From: Lama guanicoe
Taxonomy: Eukaryota
Direction of reading: 5' to 3'
Assembly (NCBI GenBank): GCA_013239625.1
Contig: MU057343.1
Coordinates: 4,570,132 to 4,634,131, forward strand
Length of the DNA: 64,000 nt
Shown here: positions 33,916 to 47,858 of the stretch, piece after piece
Position numbering within the stretch: the stretch's first letter is position 1
How the letters are laid out: each line of letters begins with the position of its first letter
Translations under genes and position numbers: made by a program
The notes under the pieces: model-generated
Told to the model about the DNA's origin: nothing
What the model saw: only the letters and a program-made list of their open reading frames with translations
The model's database searches: none

Positions 33916-36900
33916 ATAGCACATTCTTTGTATCTTTTGGTGTCTTAATGAAATATGCTGATATGAAACTTCCAGTTCCATTAAGGAAAGAGAAAAATGA
34001 ACATCAGCATTTTCCAGAGTTAACGTCTCATTGCTTAAAACTTTGGTTACTAACCCCTGATCTACCCAGGACTTGAAAAGAAAGTGTGGGGGGAAATAGT
34101 CTAACTTTGTTTTTTAAGAAGCTGTGATTTAAATATACGTTATTCATTAAGTCATACCTTTTGCGTAATTTGCTCAAACCACTTCCATTGTTCACCATAA
34201 GCAATTTTAATGATGCTTTACTTTCGCTCCAATTCTGCAAAGACTCAATCTTCCTTATCTGAGAGGAAACCACACAACTAAATTGCCTGCTAAGGCCACA
34301 GCCTCCTAGCAAGGCGGCCCTAAGCAGTTCTTAACTAAGGTTGCTTGGATTCAGTGAATGTAGTCAGACTGGTGCTTTGACTCTGCTCCCAAGGGAGTTA
34401 AAGAGGTTTTTCAATTAAGGAATGTTTGCCATGATGCCACACTGCCAATTTTTCAAATTTACAGCAAATATGTTTATGAAGAAAAAAGTCAACTTTATCA
34501 ACAGTATGCTCTTTCAAAAGAAATATTAAAAGATGTAGCAAATATACCTGATCTTTAAGGTATTATTGATAATACAGAGGTTTTGATGAGAATGGCAGTA
34601 CAATAAAGCAAATTCAGAGCCTGGAAAAAGAGATATAAGCACCCCCTCTAGAGAACTCAACTCCCCTGAATCACTTTCCTGAGGACTAAACAGTTCATAG
34701 TGGCTCTTCTTTAAAAGCTTACGAAGCTCACAAAGGGCAGAGCTATATGTTACTTCTTTCTTAACCAGTATTCAATAAACTCTTGCAATTTGACATATTT
34801 AAGAAATTTTGGCAACCTCTTCTGCATTCATTCATGGGATATCTCTGAATTTCTACTGGGCTGATTTCATGGCACTTATTTAAACAGTTAATTATTCTTT
34901 CATCTTTTTTTTGTGACTATAGATTTAGCCTCCCCTATTTGCATATAGGTTTAAGAGACCAAAATTATCTTTTATAGGGTCTTGACTAGTATTTAAAAAT
35001 TTAAAAATTCACAAAAATAGTTCTTAACGGTGGCTTTCTTCATTTTTATAGCCATAAGTCTTATTTAATCAGCAAATGATTTTCATCAGATGAGATGTGC
35101 AATTTATGTTTGGCTCTTTCTTTCATTTAATGCAAATGCTGCACTAGAAACATACAATTCAATTCCTACTTTCTTAATTTTACAGGAAGGTTTCCCTCAT
35201 ACATTGGTTTCAAGTTCCTACATGTCAAAATGGCAACCACAAGACAAAAATCTTAAGGGTGAACACAATGGAATTCAAAAGAATCAGCAGAATGCATATC
35301 TCTACTCTGCTATCCTATCTTTAGAATAACAGAATTCTTCATGTTCAAACTAATGGTAACATCCCAGTGAATCACTGAGTTACAGGCTCAGACACTCCGG
35401 GTCTTCTTTCACTGCCAGGAGCAAACATTTCTTAGTGGCTGGATGTCTTAAAGCTTTAGGCATTCACAACATAGTCTTACAGAAGTACAACTAACTTCTT
35501 CTTTTGAAGGATGAAGGAATTACATAAGGGAAGTTTTCCTGAACATCAGTCAAGTATTAGCTGAATAGTACGAAGAAAATTTTCTTAAATAGAAAAGTTA
35601 TGCCCTTGAAATATATGGGAAGGCATCCTTATCTGTTAGAGAAACAGTACTAATTTAACATAAAGTCAGTGTGTTTTTATACCTAGGACAGTAAAAATCC
35701 TCTTGGAAAGTTTGAATATATTGGTCTTAAAATCATTAAATAAAAAAGTCTCTTTGTATTTATGAACCTTGAATAATACTAGGCTATACAAACTGTTGAC
35801 TATAATAACTATTATATTAACTATTAAACTATTTTTAGTTAAAAAAAATCTACTGGATAGTCAATAGATCATCATCCATTCTATAGATATTGACTGAAAA
35901 CCTCCTTTGTGCCAGGACTGGACCAGGCAGTGGGTATGAAGTAACCTAGAGAATCTCTATATTGTTGTGATTTAATTGTACCTGCAGGATAATTAGATTC
36001 TTTGGGAGTAAAAATAGTACTCAGCTCATGGACGGGAGGACTGAATGAGATAATGCATTAAATGTGCCTACAGCTACCCGCACTTGTGCCTGGCATCAAG
36101 TAATACATCAGCATATATGCACTTACTGTTCCCCAGTCTCCCACAGAAGACGTAAATAGAACAGAGGCAAGTGACTCTAAGGTGTGACAGGACAAGAGCT
36201 GTGGCAATAAACTGTAAATGGGAAAAATATTCCATACAAATCATAAAAAAGGAATTATATAGACATGCAAGTGAATTTAGAGGGTGGTATCCATGCCAAG
36301 TAACCTCTTAAAAGCTAGTAAAAGCCCTTGTTTCTCATTCTGAATAAGATTTCAGGCTTTTTGACTAATCAACAGTACAAATAAATCATACTGTTGTCTG
36401 ATTTGTTCTCCAAAGCAAACTTCAAAAATAACACGAAATATTTGGGACAGCAAAGCCTTGTTGTGAATGACTGAAAACACTGAAACCATTAGAGACTTAC
36501 TAGGGTTGCTTGAGGCAAGGGTGGTATCATGATAAACACTTTCAGGAGACACAAAACAGAGAGACTCAGCAAAACAGTTACCTGTTTCCGATCATACCTA
36601 CAACAAAAAATTTTTAAACCTTTTAATCTCTAGATTTGGTATATTTTTACTTCATCATGTTTCCTCTATGTCAATTGCTGTTCTTTGAATAAATATTCAT
36701 CATGAACAGTGATAGAGCTCTTAATCACTATCAACTTATGATGGAAGACACAACAAAAATAACTCTCTAAGTACATGGTCATCTTTTTTTTTTTTTTAAG
36801 CAAAAAGGCCTTGAGATCAAAGTTTCATGGTATGTAATACTTTTAAAATACTTCCACATTATAAAATGATCCGCCCTTTGATAGGTACTTCTCAACTGTT

Positions 36901-38689
36901 TAACATTGGTTCCAGGTAGAATTCTGCGAGGTATGCTACACAGTAAAATGTAGATGAGAAATGGTAAATTGTGAAAAGGATAATAAATATCAAATCATTT
37001 CCTTAAGAAGCTCAAATTTAGCACTGTGCCTATGACTTTAACCCTTCTGTAATTTCTATTTCATTATCCAGGAAGGGCTGTAAGTGGCAGGACTACTGCT
37101 TTGAGCAGATACTCAAAGGCTACACAAACCTTAGCCATCAGTAGGCTCAGCCTATCAACCCTACGACCTGAGGCCACGCAGAGGTCCTCTCTGTAACAGG
37201 GGACCCACAACAACGACTCCAAATGGCTTTGTCTGGGAGAGGAGACAGACTGGCGTTTCAGGGGCTGGAAGGCTGAGGGGTTAGTAGTTAGAGTATTTAC
37301 TAGTTTGCTGAACAGCAAGTAGGTTTTCAAGTCATTATCTTTCAGAATAAACCACACTATCAGGCTACAAACAAGAACCATTTCCTTTCAGAATACAGTC
37401 CCTGAAGAGAGGGGAAAACATTTATTATTCTTTTCTTAAAGAAAACAGTGTAAATAAAGCTTTCATTTTCACCATTCCAGATGGCAGCAGGGTATAATTT
37501 GTACTGTTTTGACATCATGACCATATTATTCAAAATCAATCTTCCCGGAAGTGAACTGAATATGGGACTGAAAACAGAAAAATAAAAAAGAAATAAAAGC
37601 TAAATCAATGTTTTCTAGCAAAGTTGGGCTCCAGGACCATTATCAAAATGATATGCGTATGAATGAAATTGAAATATACATATATATATAAAATGGTTTC
37701 TAATGATAAGCCAAAGGCTGCTCTAAGTCAGAAAGAAATTATCTAAAGCACGAGGAAAATGTCAGTTAATAAATGATATTCCCAATCAAATAATAAATAG
37801 AAGATCTGATCCCCCAAAAGTAATTATGAACAAGATATGATGAATTTTTAGCCCAAGATCTTCTTTGCAAGTTACTATATACTTGGATAAGTATGCATGT
37901 GTTAATATGGCTATAAATCAATCAGAGAAGCTTTTATTTCAGAGTGGATTTAGGTATCTCTTAAGGGCAGTTACTGGGCATAAGAGTCTCCAAAGATTTC
38001 TCACAGAATTATGCCAGGCAAGAAAAGGAAATTGAACACTGATAAGCTGATACGAGTCTTATTAGAGGCTACTAAATATTCAGCACAGTAACCAGCAACC
38101 TACAGAGCATTTCAGAGCAAAGCTCCATTTTCAGAAATATTCTTCACATGTGGAGGAGTTGTAAGGCATTCTTGGCACAGAACAAAGCAAACTTGTTTAG
38201 CAGCTATGTATGCAATTATTCTATAAATCGCAAAGTAATGTCTACTGTCTATGTAGCAGAATACAAACTCAGTTAGACTAAATTACCATTTATATGAATG
38301 TGGTGGCTGTGATTTCACAAGGCATTAAGTCAGTTAGCCCCCACTGTTACTAGTGTTAAAGCTAGCAAATGCTTAGACTCCTTGTGATCCAAAATTCATT
38401 GAGGAGTGGGTGAGAGGAGGCCTATTTACCTAGCAACATTATTACTACTTGGATACTGAAAAAAGTATTTAGGAATCAGGGTAATGCTTTTATTCTCATG
38501 AATGCAAATATCATTAAGATAACAAAATTCTGTAACAACCACTTTCAAAAGTCTCACTGCTTTCTAGTAATTTATTTTTACTAACAAGCTGGTTTCGTGA
38601 TACTCAAACTGTACATTGTCCAAATCGTGTCCCTAATTTGAATATTAAATGAACCACTTACACAAATTTATATTTAAATCATACCAATA

Positions 38690-38744
38690 TTTTTTTTGTG
38701 TGTGGAGATGCTGGGGATTGAACTGAGCTATACATACCTACCCC
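38690..38744 (-). mobile_element. Internally deleted Vic-1-like SINE
   Basis: Minus strand reads GGGGTAGGTATGTATAGCTCAG joined directly to TTCAATCCCCAGCATCTCCA, then an A tail. Confidence 0.65.
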
Positions 38745-38989
38745 AATACCGAGATTATTTTAAGAAAAAAAAAATACATAATAGACCTAAAACTAAAAAA
38801 TTTAACTCCTGTTTTGTTGCTTGCTTGTTTTTAGAGAGAGAGAAAAAAACAAACTTGGAAAGAGAATTGGATTTGGCTCCTGCCTCCATTATTTGCTGGC
38901 TTTGTAAAAGTTAGGAATTCTAATAAGCTCAAATCAACTAGGCCAAGGATAACATTCATCTTGGTTGCTTTAATGTACAGTGGTTAATG

Positions 38990-40560
38990 TAAGTAAGTAA
39001 AATTTTCATGCAGTCAAATTTTATATAACTAAGAAAACTAGAGTGAACTGTGTGGTTGTGGACTGGAGTTGGAGGTATTGGTACGAACTCATGGTTATAA
39101 AGACATGCACGTTGATATAGAAATAAATATAATTGAGTGTATAGACACACACATATATTCACTCCTTATATAAACTTACCAAACACATCTCCCGTAGCAG
39201 TGTGAATCGAGAGGCCGGAGCATCAAGACCCAGTAGCAATAGACAGATCCAGTATCTATATCTTGGTTTCTAAATATGATTCTCTAGTGAAAGAAGACAC
39301 AGCTCCTTCGAAATATAACTAATTACATCTAGCTCTGGGACAAGGGAAGTACAAAATGTACCTGGAATATGTGTTCTGCATGAAATGACTCAAAGAATGA
39401 CAGGAGCATGTTCAAAGAACAAAGAAGCTTGATAGGGTTCTCATTAGCCACATGTGTGACAATCTGAATGTCAATTTTTTTAAAAAAAATTACCAAATTA
39501 CAACACACTAAAAAAAATGACATGAGTCTATACTAACATAAAAGAATAGATAAATCGAAAAGTTACAGCAATAGTGGGTATATTGTCATACTCTCAAAGT
39601 GTAAACTGTCCCACAAACTTATTAAACATAAAGGGAAAGAGTAAGTCTGTAATGGACAAGGCTCACAGAAACAACCTTGATCAAGATACAAAAGTTAACA
39701 GTATCAGTGATGGGGATGATAAAAATCATGTGTTGAAAATGACATAGCATCACTTCTATGATACTTGCTACTGACTAAATATTTGTGTCCCTCCAAAATT
39801 CCTATGTTTAATCCTACCACCTAAAATGATGGTATTTGGAGGCAGGGCCTTCGGGAGGCGATTAGGTGTGAGGACAGAGCCCATGAGAATGAGATTAACG
39901 CCCTTATCAAAGAGGCCTCAGAGAGATGCCTTGCTCCTTCCATGTGAGGACACAAGGAAGAGAGGACACTTTATGAACCAGGAAGCAGGCTCTTACTGGA
40001 CACAAAGTGCTGGTGCCTTGATTTTGGACCTCTCACCTCCAGAACTTGGAGTAATATCTGTTGTTCATAAGCCACCCAAAACTCTGATATTTTGTCACAA
40101 CAGTCTGAACGAATGAATGTTACTGCCAAACATTCATAATCTAAATACAATTGTGAGTAAACAAGAGCAAAACCCTCAACAAGAACATTTTATGAAATAA
40201 CATCCTGTTGTCTTCAAAGCTATCAGGATTAGAAATGTCAAAGGAAGAATTAGGAACTCTTCCAGACTGACAATTAAAGGCAAAGTATAATTCTGAAGTG
40301 GAGCCTTTAAAGATGTTTAGAGAGACTTGAATAAGAACAAATGATGAAATCCAAATGGAACAATCCTGAAATGTAATCTCAGGTGAACGGGGTCTGAGGA
40401 CTACAGAGTTACGGATGGCTGTAACCACAGAATGTCTCCGCCTGGAGAAAATGCAAGTATTTAAGGGTGACAGGCATCATGTCAGCAATTGACTCAACAA
40501 ATAATTAAGGAAAACAAGTTACTTTTTAGTTTCTACTTTTTTATACAATTGAGAGTATTT
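38990..40560 (+). mobile_element. Old LINE-1 (L1MC/MD-type) 3' region interrupted by an MLT1A LTR; boundaries approximate
   Basis: atcttggtttctaaatatgattctctagtgaaagaa...gggaagtacaaaatg...; L1-like sequence resumes after 40120 (tgccaaacattcataatctaaatacaatt...). Confidence 0.6.
39766..40118 (+). mobile_element. MaLR solo LTR (MLT1A-like)
   Basis: tgctactgactaaatatttgtgtccctccaaaattcctatgtt...gatggtatttggaggcagggccttcgggagg...tgctggtgccttgattttggac...aagccaccca. Confidence 0.85.
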
Positions 40561-42419
40561 CAAAACTGTAAGATCATATCAGTAAATTATTGTAATTACT
40601 TTGTTATTAAATGAGATTTTATTAACCTTCAGATTATCTGATTAATAAGACAGTTATGCAGGATTTATTCTGAAAGCTTCTGGATAGCTGGATGTTGCAG
40701 ACATTTTTGTTCCAAATCTAAAAAATATCCCCAAATACGTACTTCATTTGAGGTACTCTTGAACACAGATTAACTAAATGACATGCCAACTGTTATCAAT
40801 TTTATACCAATGATGATACTACCAAAAAACTTAGATTGGAAAAATATGTAAATTTTCATAAAATTCAGATCTAGAAATATTTAATTATCAACCTGAAATA
40901 CTGAACAACATTTGGTGATGATTCAAGAGTAAGGCTCAAGATCGTGAAAAAACAAATTGCAGAGAAATCAATACTCTAAAGGAAAAAAAATCACTTAGGA
41001 TTTTTGCTTAGAGATGTGAAAAAGTGAAGTAGATAGATCCCTCATTAGTTTTCTTCCCAAGCAAATGAGAAAGTTTAAGATAGAAGATGAACTTTTTGAT
41101 GAGCTTCCTTCCAACTAAACCATCATCAACTTGACTCAAAATCCAGAACTGTTTCAGAAATCCAAGTGTTGTTTCTTAAGGCGGGACTTTGAAATTTTTC
41201 AGAAATCTACCTTCTCCCTTCCCTCCACCTTTTCACAGTTCTCCCCTCTTGACACACAAAGAACAATGCTGTCTTTAATCATTTATAGGGATGGGGACAA
41301 GAGAGGCAAGCATAGAACTAATGTGATTCAGATATATCTACATAATGTTTCTGAAGAACATTTCACCATTTAACTCTATTCAGTAGCATTTCTCAGTTTT
41401 AAAGGCAAATATTTATTTGAAGGGAGAAGACAGATTCTGCAACAGACGTAACGGCAGTTTTATTTGGGGGGGTATCATGTGGAAAATATACATGCTGTTT
41501 CCCATAAAGAATGAGAACTACAAAGCACATGAATAAGTTGTTAAAACAGAACATGTTTCAAGGATGTATTATATATCTGTGGAGGAAGTTTCTCCCATGA
41601 TACAAATCAATTTCTATTTCTATGTCAAAAGTGAGCCTGAATTTAATGCCAAAGCATTACTGAAAATAACTAACCATATCTGTATGTCAGTTTTAAGTCT
41701 ATGGACTCATAAGCTGTCAATTTATGAAACTGCCCACAGAAATATGACTATGGTTTCTTTTTTTCCCCTAATTTTTGACCTTTTCTCTCTATATAAACTT
41801 ACCAAACAAAGCAAAATTTTATTTACAGGTGAACATAGGATATATGATTATTCAATAGTTTTTAAATGTCAAAAATAATAAAATGCTACTCAATGGAAGG
41901 TCAGACATCTAGAAAATAACCAGATCGAAGAAAAATTACAAAAAGAGAATGGCCAAAATCACCACCACCAGAATTATATGGATGAAATCCCAGTCTTTGT
42001 TTCTAGAAGAGATAACAGGCTTACATATATAAAATTCTAAAGGCTGATCTTTCTTCAATAAAGAGTTAAACTCAGCAAATTGGCAAAAGGGCTTCAGGCA
42101 AAGCTGATCTGATACATAAAGGATTGTGGTATTTTTCCTAAAAGCAACCAGAAGGTAAGTAATAGTTTGCAAGGTATAAACGAATGAGGGGACACTCCAG
42201 TGCCTGCTGATGTGTGGGAGGATATGTTCCTTATCAACAAATTTCCATGGTAACTGCAGTGTGAAATATGCATTGGGGCAGGACCAAAAAAAAAAAAAAA
42301 GATGTAGGGAGGCCATTTAGGTCTGAGACTACTGTAATACCCCAGTAGCAGGATAAAGGTAAACACGCACCAGGGAAATGGTAGAAGAGAAGGGGACAAG
42401 TGGAGAAAGTTGAAGAATT

Positions 42420-42516
42420 TTTTCTTTAATTTCAGTTTTCTTGAGGTGTAACTGATGGAATTACTAGATACTTAAAGTATACATCATGGTGACTTGATAA
42501 ATGTAGACACTATGAG
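42420..42516 (-). mobile_element. LINE-1 3' end fragment
   Basis: ttttcttgaggtgtaactga...aaagtatacatcatggtgacttgataaatgtagacactatga, typical of an antisense L1 tail. Confidence 0.55.
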
Positions 42517-45500
42517 AGTTGAAAACAGTTTGAAGGGTAGTTTTTATTGGACTTGATGATATTTTAAGGATGAAAAATGAGAAAGAATGATCAAGTATGG
42601 TTTTCTAAAAATATGTGATGGACTTGTGTAATATATTCTCATCATATCCTCCCCTAGGGAGCAATGCCATACTTCTGAGGTACCCATGTTAACAGCATAC
42701 ATCCCTGGAGGATGACCTCTTGTCTCTTCTTCACCTGTACAGGCACCCCAGGGTGGAGCACAGCACCAAGCACAAAGTAATGATATTTGGCATATGAAAA
42801 CTGACCCACCTTTACCTTTAAGAATTGATGGAAGGGTCTGGTATATTGAGTCAGTGTCTTCCTTATGTGCTTTGTCTCAGGGTGAAGGCAAGAAAGAACT
42901 GTGTGTAAGGACATGTAAGCTCAGCACTCTCGCTATCAATGTGCCAGGAGTTGCCAGGCATCAGTCTAGAATTCAATGGAGGTACGCATGGATTTGCACC
43001 AATTTTCCCCACCAACATCTCAGTCCCTGCAATCTGAAGACAGCTGAACACACCAGGGGAGTTCCTCTCTAGCCAGAGAAGACAGTCAATGACCTTTGAA
43101 TAAAACGGAAAAGTAATTTGAATTGTACCCTTACGAAGACATGCCATTAAGAATCACCTTAAAGAGAACTCATAATCACTGCATTTTAATATGCTACACA
43201 TCAATTAAACAGACACAAGTTTCCAGTGACAAGATACTGACTAGCTATACAATAAATCTTTTTCTTACATTCTGAAAACAACCCAGAGTTGTTCATTTTC
43301 ATTTAGTTGCAACAGATTGACATATTGTTATAAACTTAGAAAACATAAAATCTCCTCTTTTTAACAAAGTGACAGCAACTTGACAAGTGAAAAAGTTATC
43401 TCAGCCTTGAATTCACTGGCATAGAAAGCACACCTCCCCCACCGTTCTCCACACAGCACACGTGACTGGTTTTTATGTTGACTGCAAAATGAATGCTCCT
43501 TCAATTACTTAGTGATAATGACTATGAGGTTGCTGAGTAAATAATGTGTGTGCATTTACTAAAGGAAATGAGAACATGTTTTTCAGCCACTGATCCCTAA
43601 AACAACCAGTGCTATTTAAGTGCTTATTGATAAAAAGATGAATATATAATACAGCTTTGTGAAATGTGCATGACAAGTTTCATAGGCAAATTATAATCAA
43701 ATTGGCAAATTTTATTGTTTTTCTGGAATTAACTCACAAGAATATAAAATATAATCAAGAGCGTTTACTCAGGGGGAAAAAAAAGACATTTTCCATTTAG
43801 TTTTTTCCTAATGGCTATCATAGCCTCTGCCCCTGGTGCTGGTGACTTGGACTTGAAAGCTGCAAGACTTCCCTCCATTTACTGAGATCGTACTGGCGCA
43901 CAGCATACCAACTTTGCTGCAGATCAGCAGCTAAGTCACACAATAAAGCCAAACGTTGGTGACCCTTACGTAAGTCTTAGCTACTTTCCTGAAACATGGT
44001 GGAGTGACATTCTAGGGGAAACAGCAACAACAACAAAACAAACAACTTTCTGTGATATCAATTTCCTTGAAAGGTTTTTAATATGATAGAGATTTTAGAG
44101 CATTCTAGCACGTACAGTCCTAGTTTTTAAATGTGCTTTGGTTGTGTGAGAAAAAAACCCTCTTTGGTTGAGAGAAAAAAAAATACGGCAGAGGATTTAA
44201 GACAAGGTTGGCCCATCCTCACCTTTCTTTCTCTCCCAGACATAAATTCTTTCTTCATATTTTGAATTCATTTTCTGGCAGGGAAGATAATATTTGTCTT
44301 CGTAGTTATAGTCCACCCCTGTCAAGGAGCCTACTGTTTGTTCAAACACATGGTGACATGTTTCTGGTCATTTAGCTTTTAGTTACTCTAACCCATGGCA
44401 GAGTTCATCAGGGATACCTGGACTCCAGGATCCCTACTGTGCTAATGAGAAAAACTGTTTCCTTCTGGGTTGTTCTTCAAAAGGCAGGCATTAAATGGAA
44501 AATTTCTCACTAGAATTATTTATGAATTGTAGAACATGAGATAATTCTGAGGGGACTACACTATGCTGATAAAATATATGATCCTAGCTGCCGGAACAGA
44601 GTCAGTTAGAACAGATTTTATCAGAGTGATTTTTCAGAAGAAAATGGCTATGCAGATCAACTGAAGTCTAAGTCATGCCTTTTGGTTGATACTCTGAAGA
44701 GTCTGTTTTCAGTGACTGGATCTGTATAGACATTACCTCATTCAGTTACCAAAGTTCATATGTTTCAACTGATTGATCACAGTTACTTGTCCAAATGGTG
44801 TTTTACAGAGGCCCTTTGTTACAAATTTACTGAATGGGATGGACACTTTGCTTATAATTTCTTACTTGTTTTTCAGGTTCAAATGATTATATCCATGCTT
44901 TATGACATAGATTGGTAGTTTCCTTCATTGTCCATTAATCCTATTTTAGATGAGATCTAACATACTTCATACAAACTCAAGCTGAAATTACGGCTGCTCA
45001 CTCTGCTCACTTCAACAGAGAGGGTGGCTGCCTACTCAAGGACACATTACCATCCTCTTTGATTTTCCTAAGATGTTCAAACACTGCCTTAACACAGATC
45101 AATGTTAAAATCTGAAACTTCACTTAACCAAGCACATAGTTTTGCTTTAACCTATACTTACTAGAGATTTAAACCTCAAAATGAAGGACAAAACCAATCA
45201 CAACTTGGCAGAGAGACAGTGATGGTGGATAATAAGGCAAAATAATCCAATCTCATCCATTTCTCCACATAATTTACAGACAATCCTCAGATTATCCAGA
45301 GAATCAGAGACCAGGATACCAGGACTATTTTCTGTCATTTGTCTGTTGGAGAACAAGTCTTCCTGAACTATCTTTAGTTATAATTTCCCAGGTTACACTG
45401 AGGGACTTTAATAAATAATTGTTTTACGAACTTCCGGAGAATTAAACATGCATATGATACAGAGAATATTCTTTCCAACATGACAGTGTCCTCATTCTGA

Positions 45501-46279
45501 AGAACTATGTAAGAAATCTTCTCCCTCAGGTTTCAGTCTCTGGAATTGTTATGATGTTTTTGGAAGCAGACTTGCTTTTATGTTACAGACATTGCATATG
45601 CACATCACATATTTATTCTTTCTCATTTCCAGAGTCGCTAGGAGATTCAGAGCTAAAAATTGGTCTACTTCTAACAAAGGCACAGAATTCCACAGCCCGG
45701 GCTTTGTGCTCCAACTTCACTCCTGACATCAGCTTCTCATTCCCATGTTCTGTTCTACCATCACATTTTATCTCGTCATAGGGAACAGTCCTCTGTAAAC
45801 TAACCTTACATCCCTCTGAAACAAGGTTATGATCGACAGAAATGTGTATGTTTTATAAATCCAATTTTTTCAAAAATAGGTAATGAACAAAAGAGATGCT
45901 CTCCAAGATGTCAAGAGACATCCAAACAAATCAATCCACATTGTCCACAACAGTCTATGAGGAATGTTAGTTACTGGCAGTTATGATGAACCCAAAACAG
46001 TAAACTCAGGAAAGGAGCTTCTGAGAGGTTAGGGAATAAAAATTTTGATTTGGTGAACACTAACTCAAAGGAAGACATAAAGGAAAAAAGAGAGGTATGA
46101 AAAGGAGAGGGTGACAAATGAAGTGTTCTACTTCTATTTTACACAAATCACTTCTGAATATTCAGTCCATGATAAAATTAAATGAATGTATCTTCTGAAG
46201 ATACATATATAAGTATCTCCACATGCATCTGTATAAAGCAGAGAATTATAGCCACATTTAACACACATTAAGTTTCAGT

Positions 46280-46400
46280 ACTATCTGTTCGATTTAACAA
46301 ACATTGGTTGATTCTCAGACTCTGTATGAAACACTGTTTAGCACCTGAGGGTTCCAAGAACTGTCCCTCAAAAACCTTACAATATAACGGTGGTAACTTG
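46280..46400 (-). mobile_element. L2 3' end fragment
   Basis: ttcgatttaacaaacattggttgattctcagactctgtatgaaacactgtt...gtccctcaaaaaccttacaat. Confidence 0.5.
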
Positions 46401-47807
46401 CATGTGACCAGAAAGAAATATGTGAAAGAATCAATTGCTAAGAGAGCACACCAGAGTGAGCAATGAATTCTGTCAAAGTTTGGGGAGGCCAGGCCTAACA
46501 GCATACATAGAATTTTGACAGCCAGGGATGTAGTTAAGAGCCTTTGAGACACGGAGAAGAGTCTGATCAAGGTGCAGGGATATTAGACAGCTTGTATATT
46601 CAGGGTGAAGCGTAACCACTTCTCAGGTGCATTCGTTTGGGGACAGGGTGAGGGGGACAGTGTGGCAAAGTACGTGGGAGCATGAAACAGAGATGGTCAG
46701 CTTGGTAAAACTGTGAGAAGCTGGAAGGGTTGTAGGGCCCATCTGGTAGAAAGTATGCAGCCAAATAGTTTTGAACCAAGAAAGTATTTCTTTCATAGAG
46801 TATCATCTGTGTTTATGTCTAATAAATATCAAAAAATGTGATCATTAAATATATTTGTCAAGAGTCACAGACTTTGGGTCTAAGTAGACATAGATAAAAG
46901 TATGTGAATATCTGCCTTGTAAAGAGGGACATATAAGAAAACAACACAACTTTTGTGAGAGAAGATAAGTGAAACAAAAGAAATGACAAATAAATTCCAA
47001 AGGAAATTGTTTAAACAGGCAGTATAAAAGTATTCAAATTGTAAATTAGCCAGAAAACAACAACAAAACTTCTAATGTTAACTTAGGATGTCAAGCCAAC
47101 TTTTCTTTTTTAAAGTCATTTCAAAAGAAGTACACTATTCCCAAACACTGCTTCAAGCCAGGTAATTATCCAAAGAAGGTGGCAATATTTCAGATACTTT
47201 CATTTAGTGTATCTACATTCAGATGTCCATTTGCAAACTATGGGAAGCGTCTGAAAGAAGATTAATAAGGATCAGTCAAGTTAATTTCGGGAGAGTGTGA
47301 TACCAACAGAAACATCACTGATTAACCTGAACAGAGCAGAGCTCAAAGCAAAAACTGTAATAGGGAATTACTTCAAGCTGAAGGGAAGAAACAGATGGTC
47401 TGTCCACTTTTCATTGTATTTCTAGGAACTTGAAAAATTGAAGGCCCAATCTACACTATTAAAAAAAATAAATTTCTCTATACACAAGTAGGTCTTCATG
47501 TTCCATATGCTCATGCATTGTTCCAGCATTTACAATAAGAGGATATACACATTTTCAAGTCTCTAATAGCAGCGCATGTATTTTATATGTCTATGTTACC
47601 TCCCACGTTTGGAGTGTGGTGAATATTAAATGACTTAGTGTATCATATAGTAAATTGTTAATATTTACTAGTACTACCATGACACCGTATCAGGTAAAAA
47701 GCAGTCAAAAGTATATTCTATGTCTGCATTATAACTAGTGGCTCTCAGAAATTTTAAGTCTGACTAACGTTTCAGTTGCTTCAGTAACCTACATGACAAT
47801 GCATCCA

Positions 47808-47808
<1 letters not shown>

Positions 47809-47856
<48 letters not shown>
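47809..47856 (+). repeat. (CA)24 microsatellite
   Basis: Perfect dinucleotide array. Confidence 0.97.
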
Positions 47857-47858
<2 letters not shown>

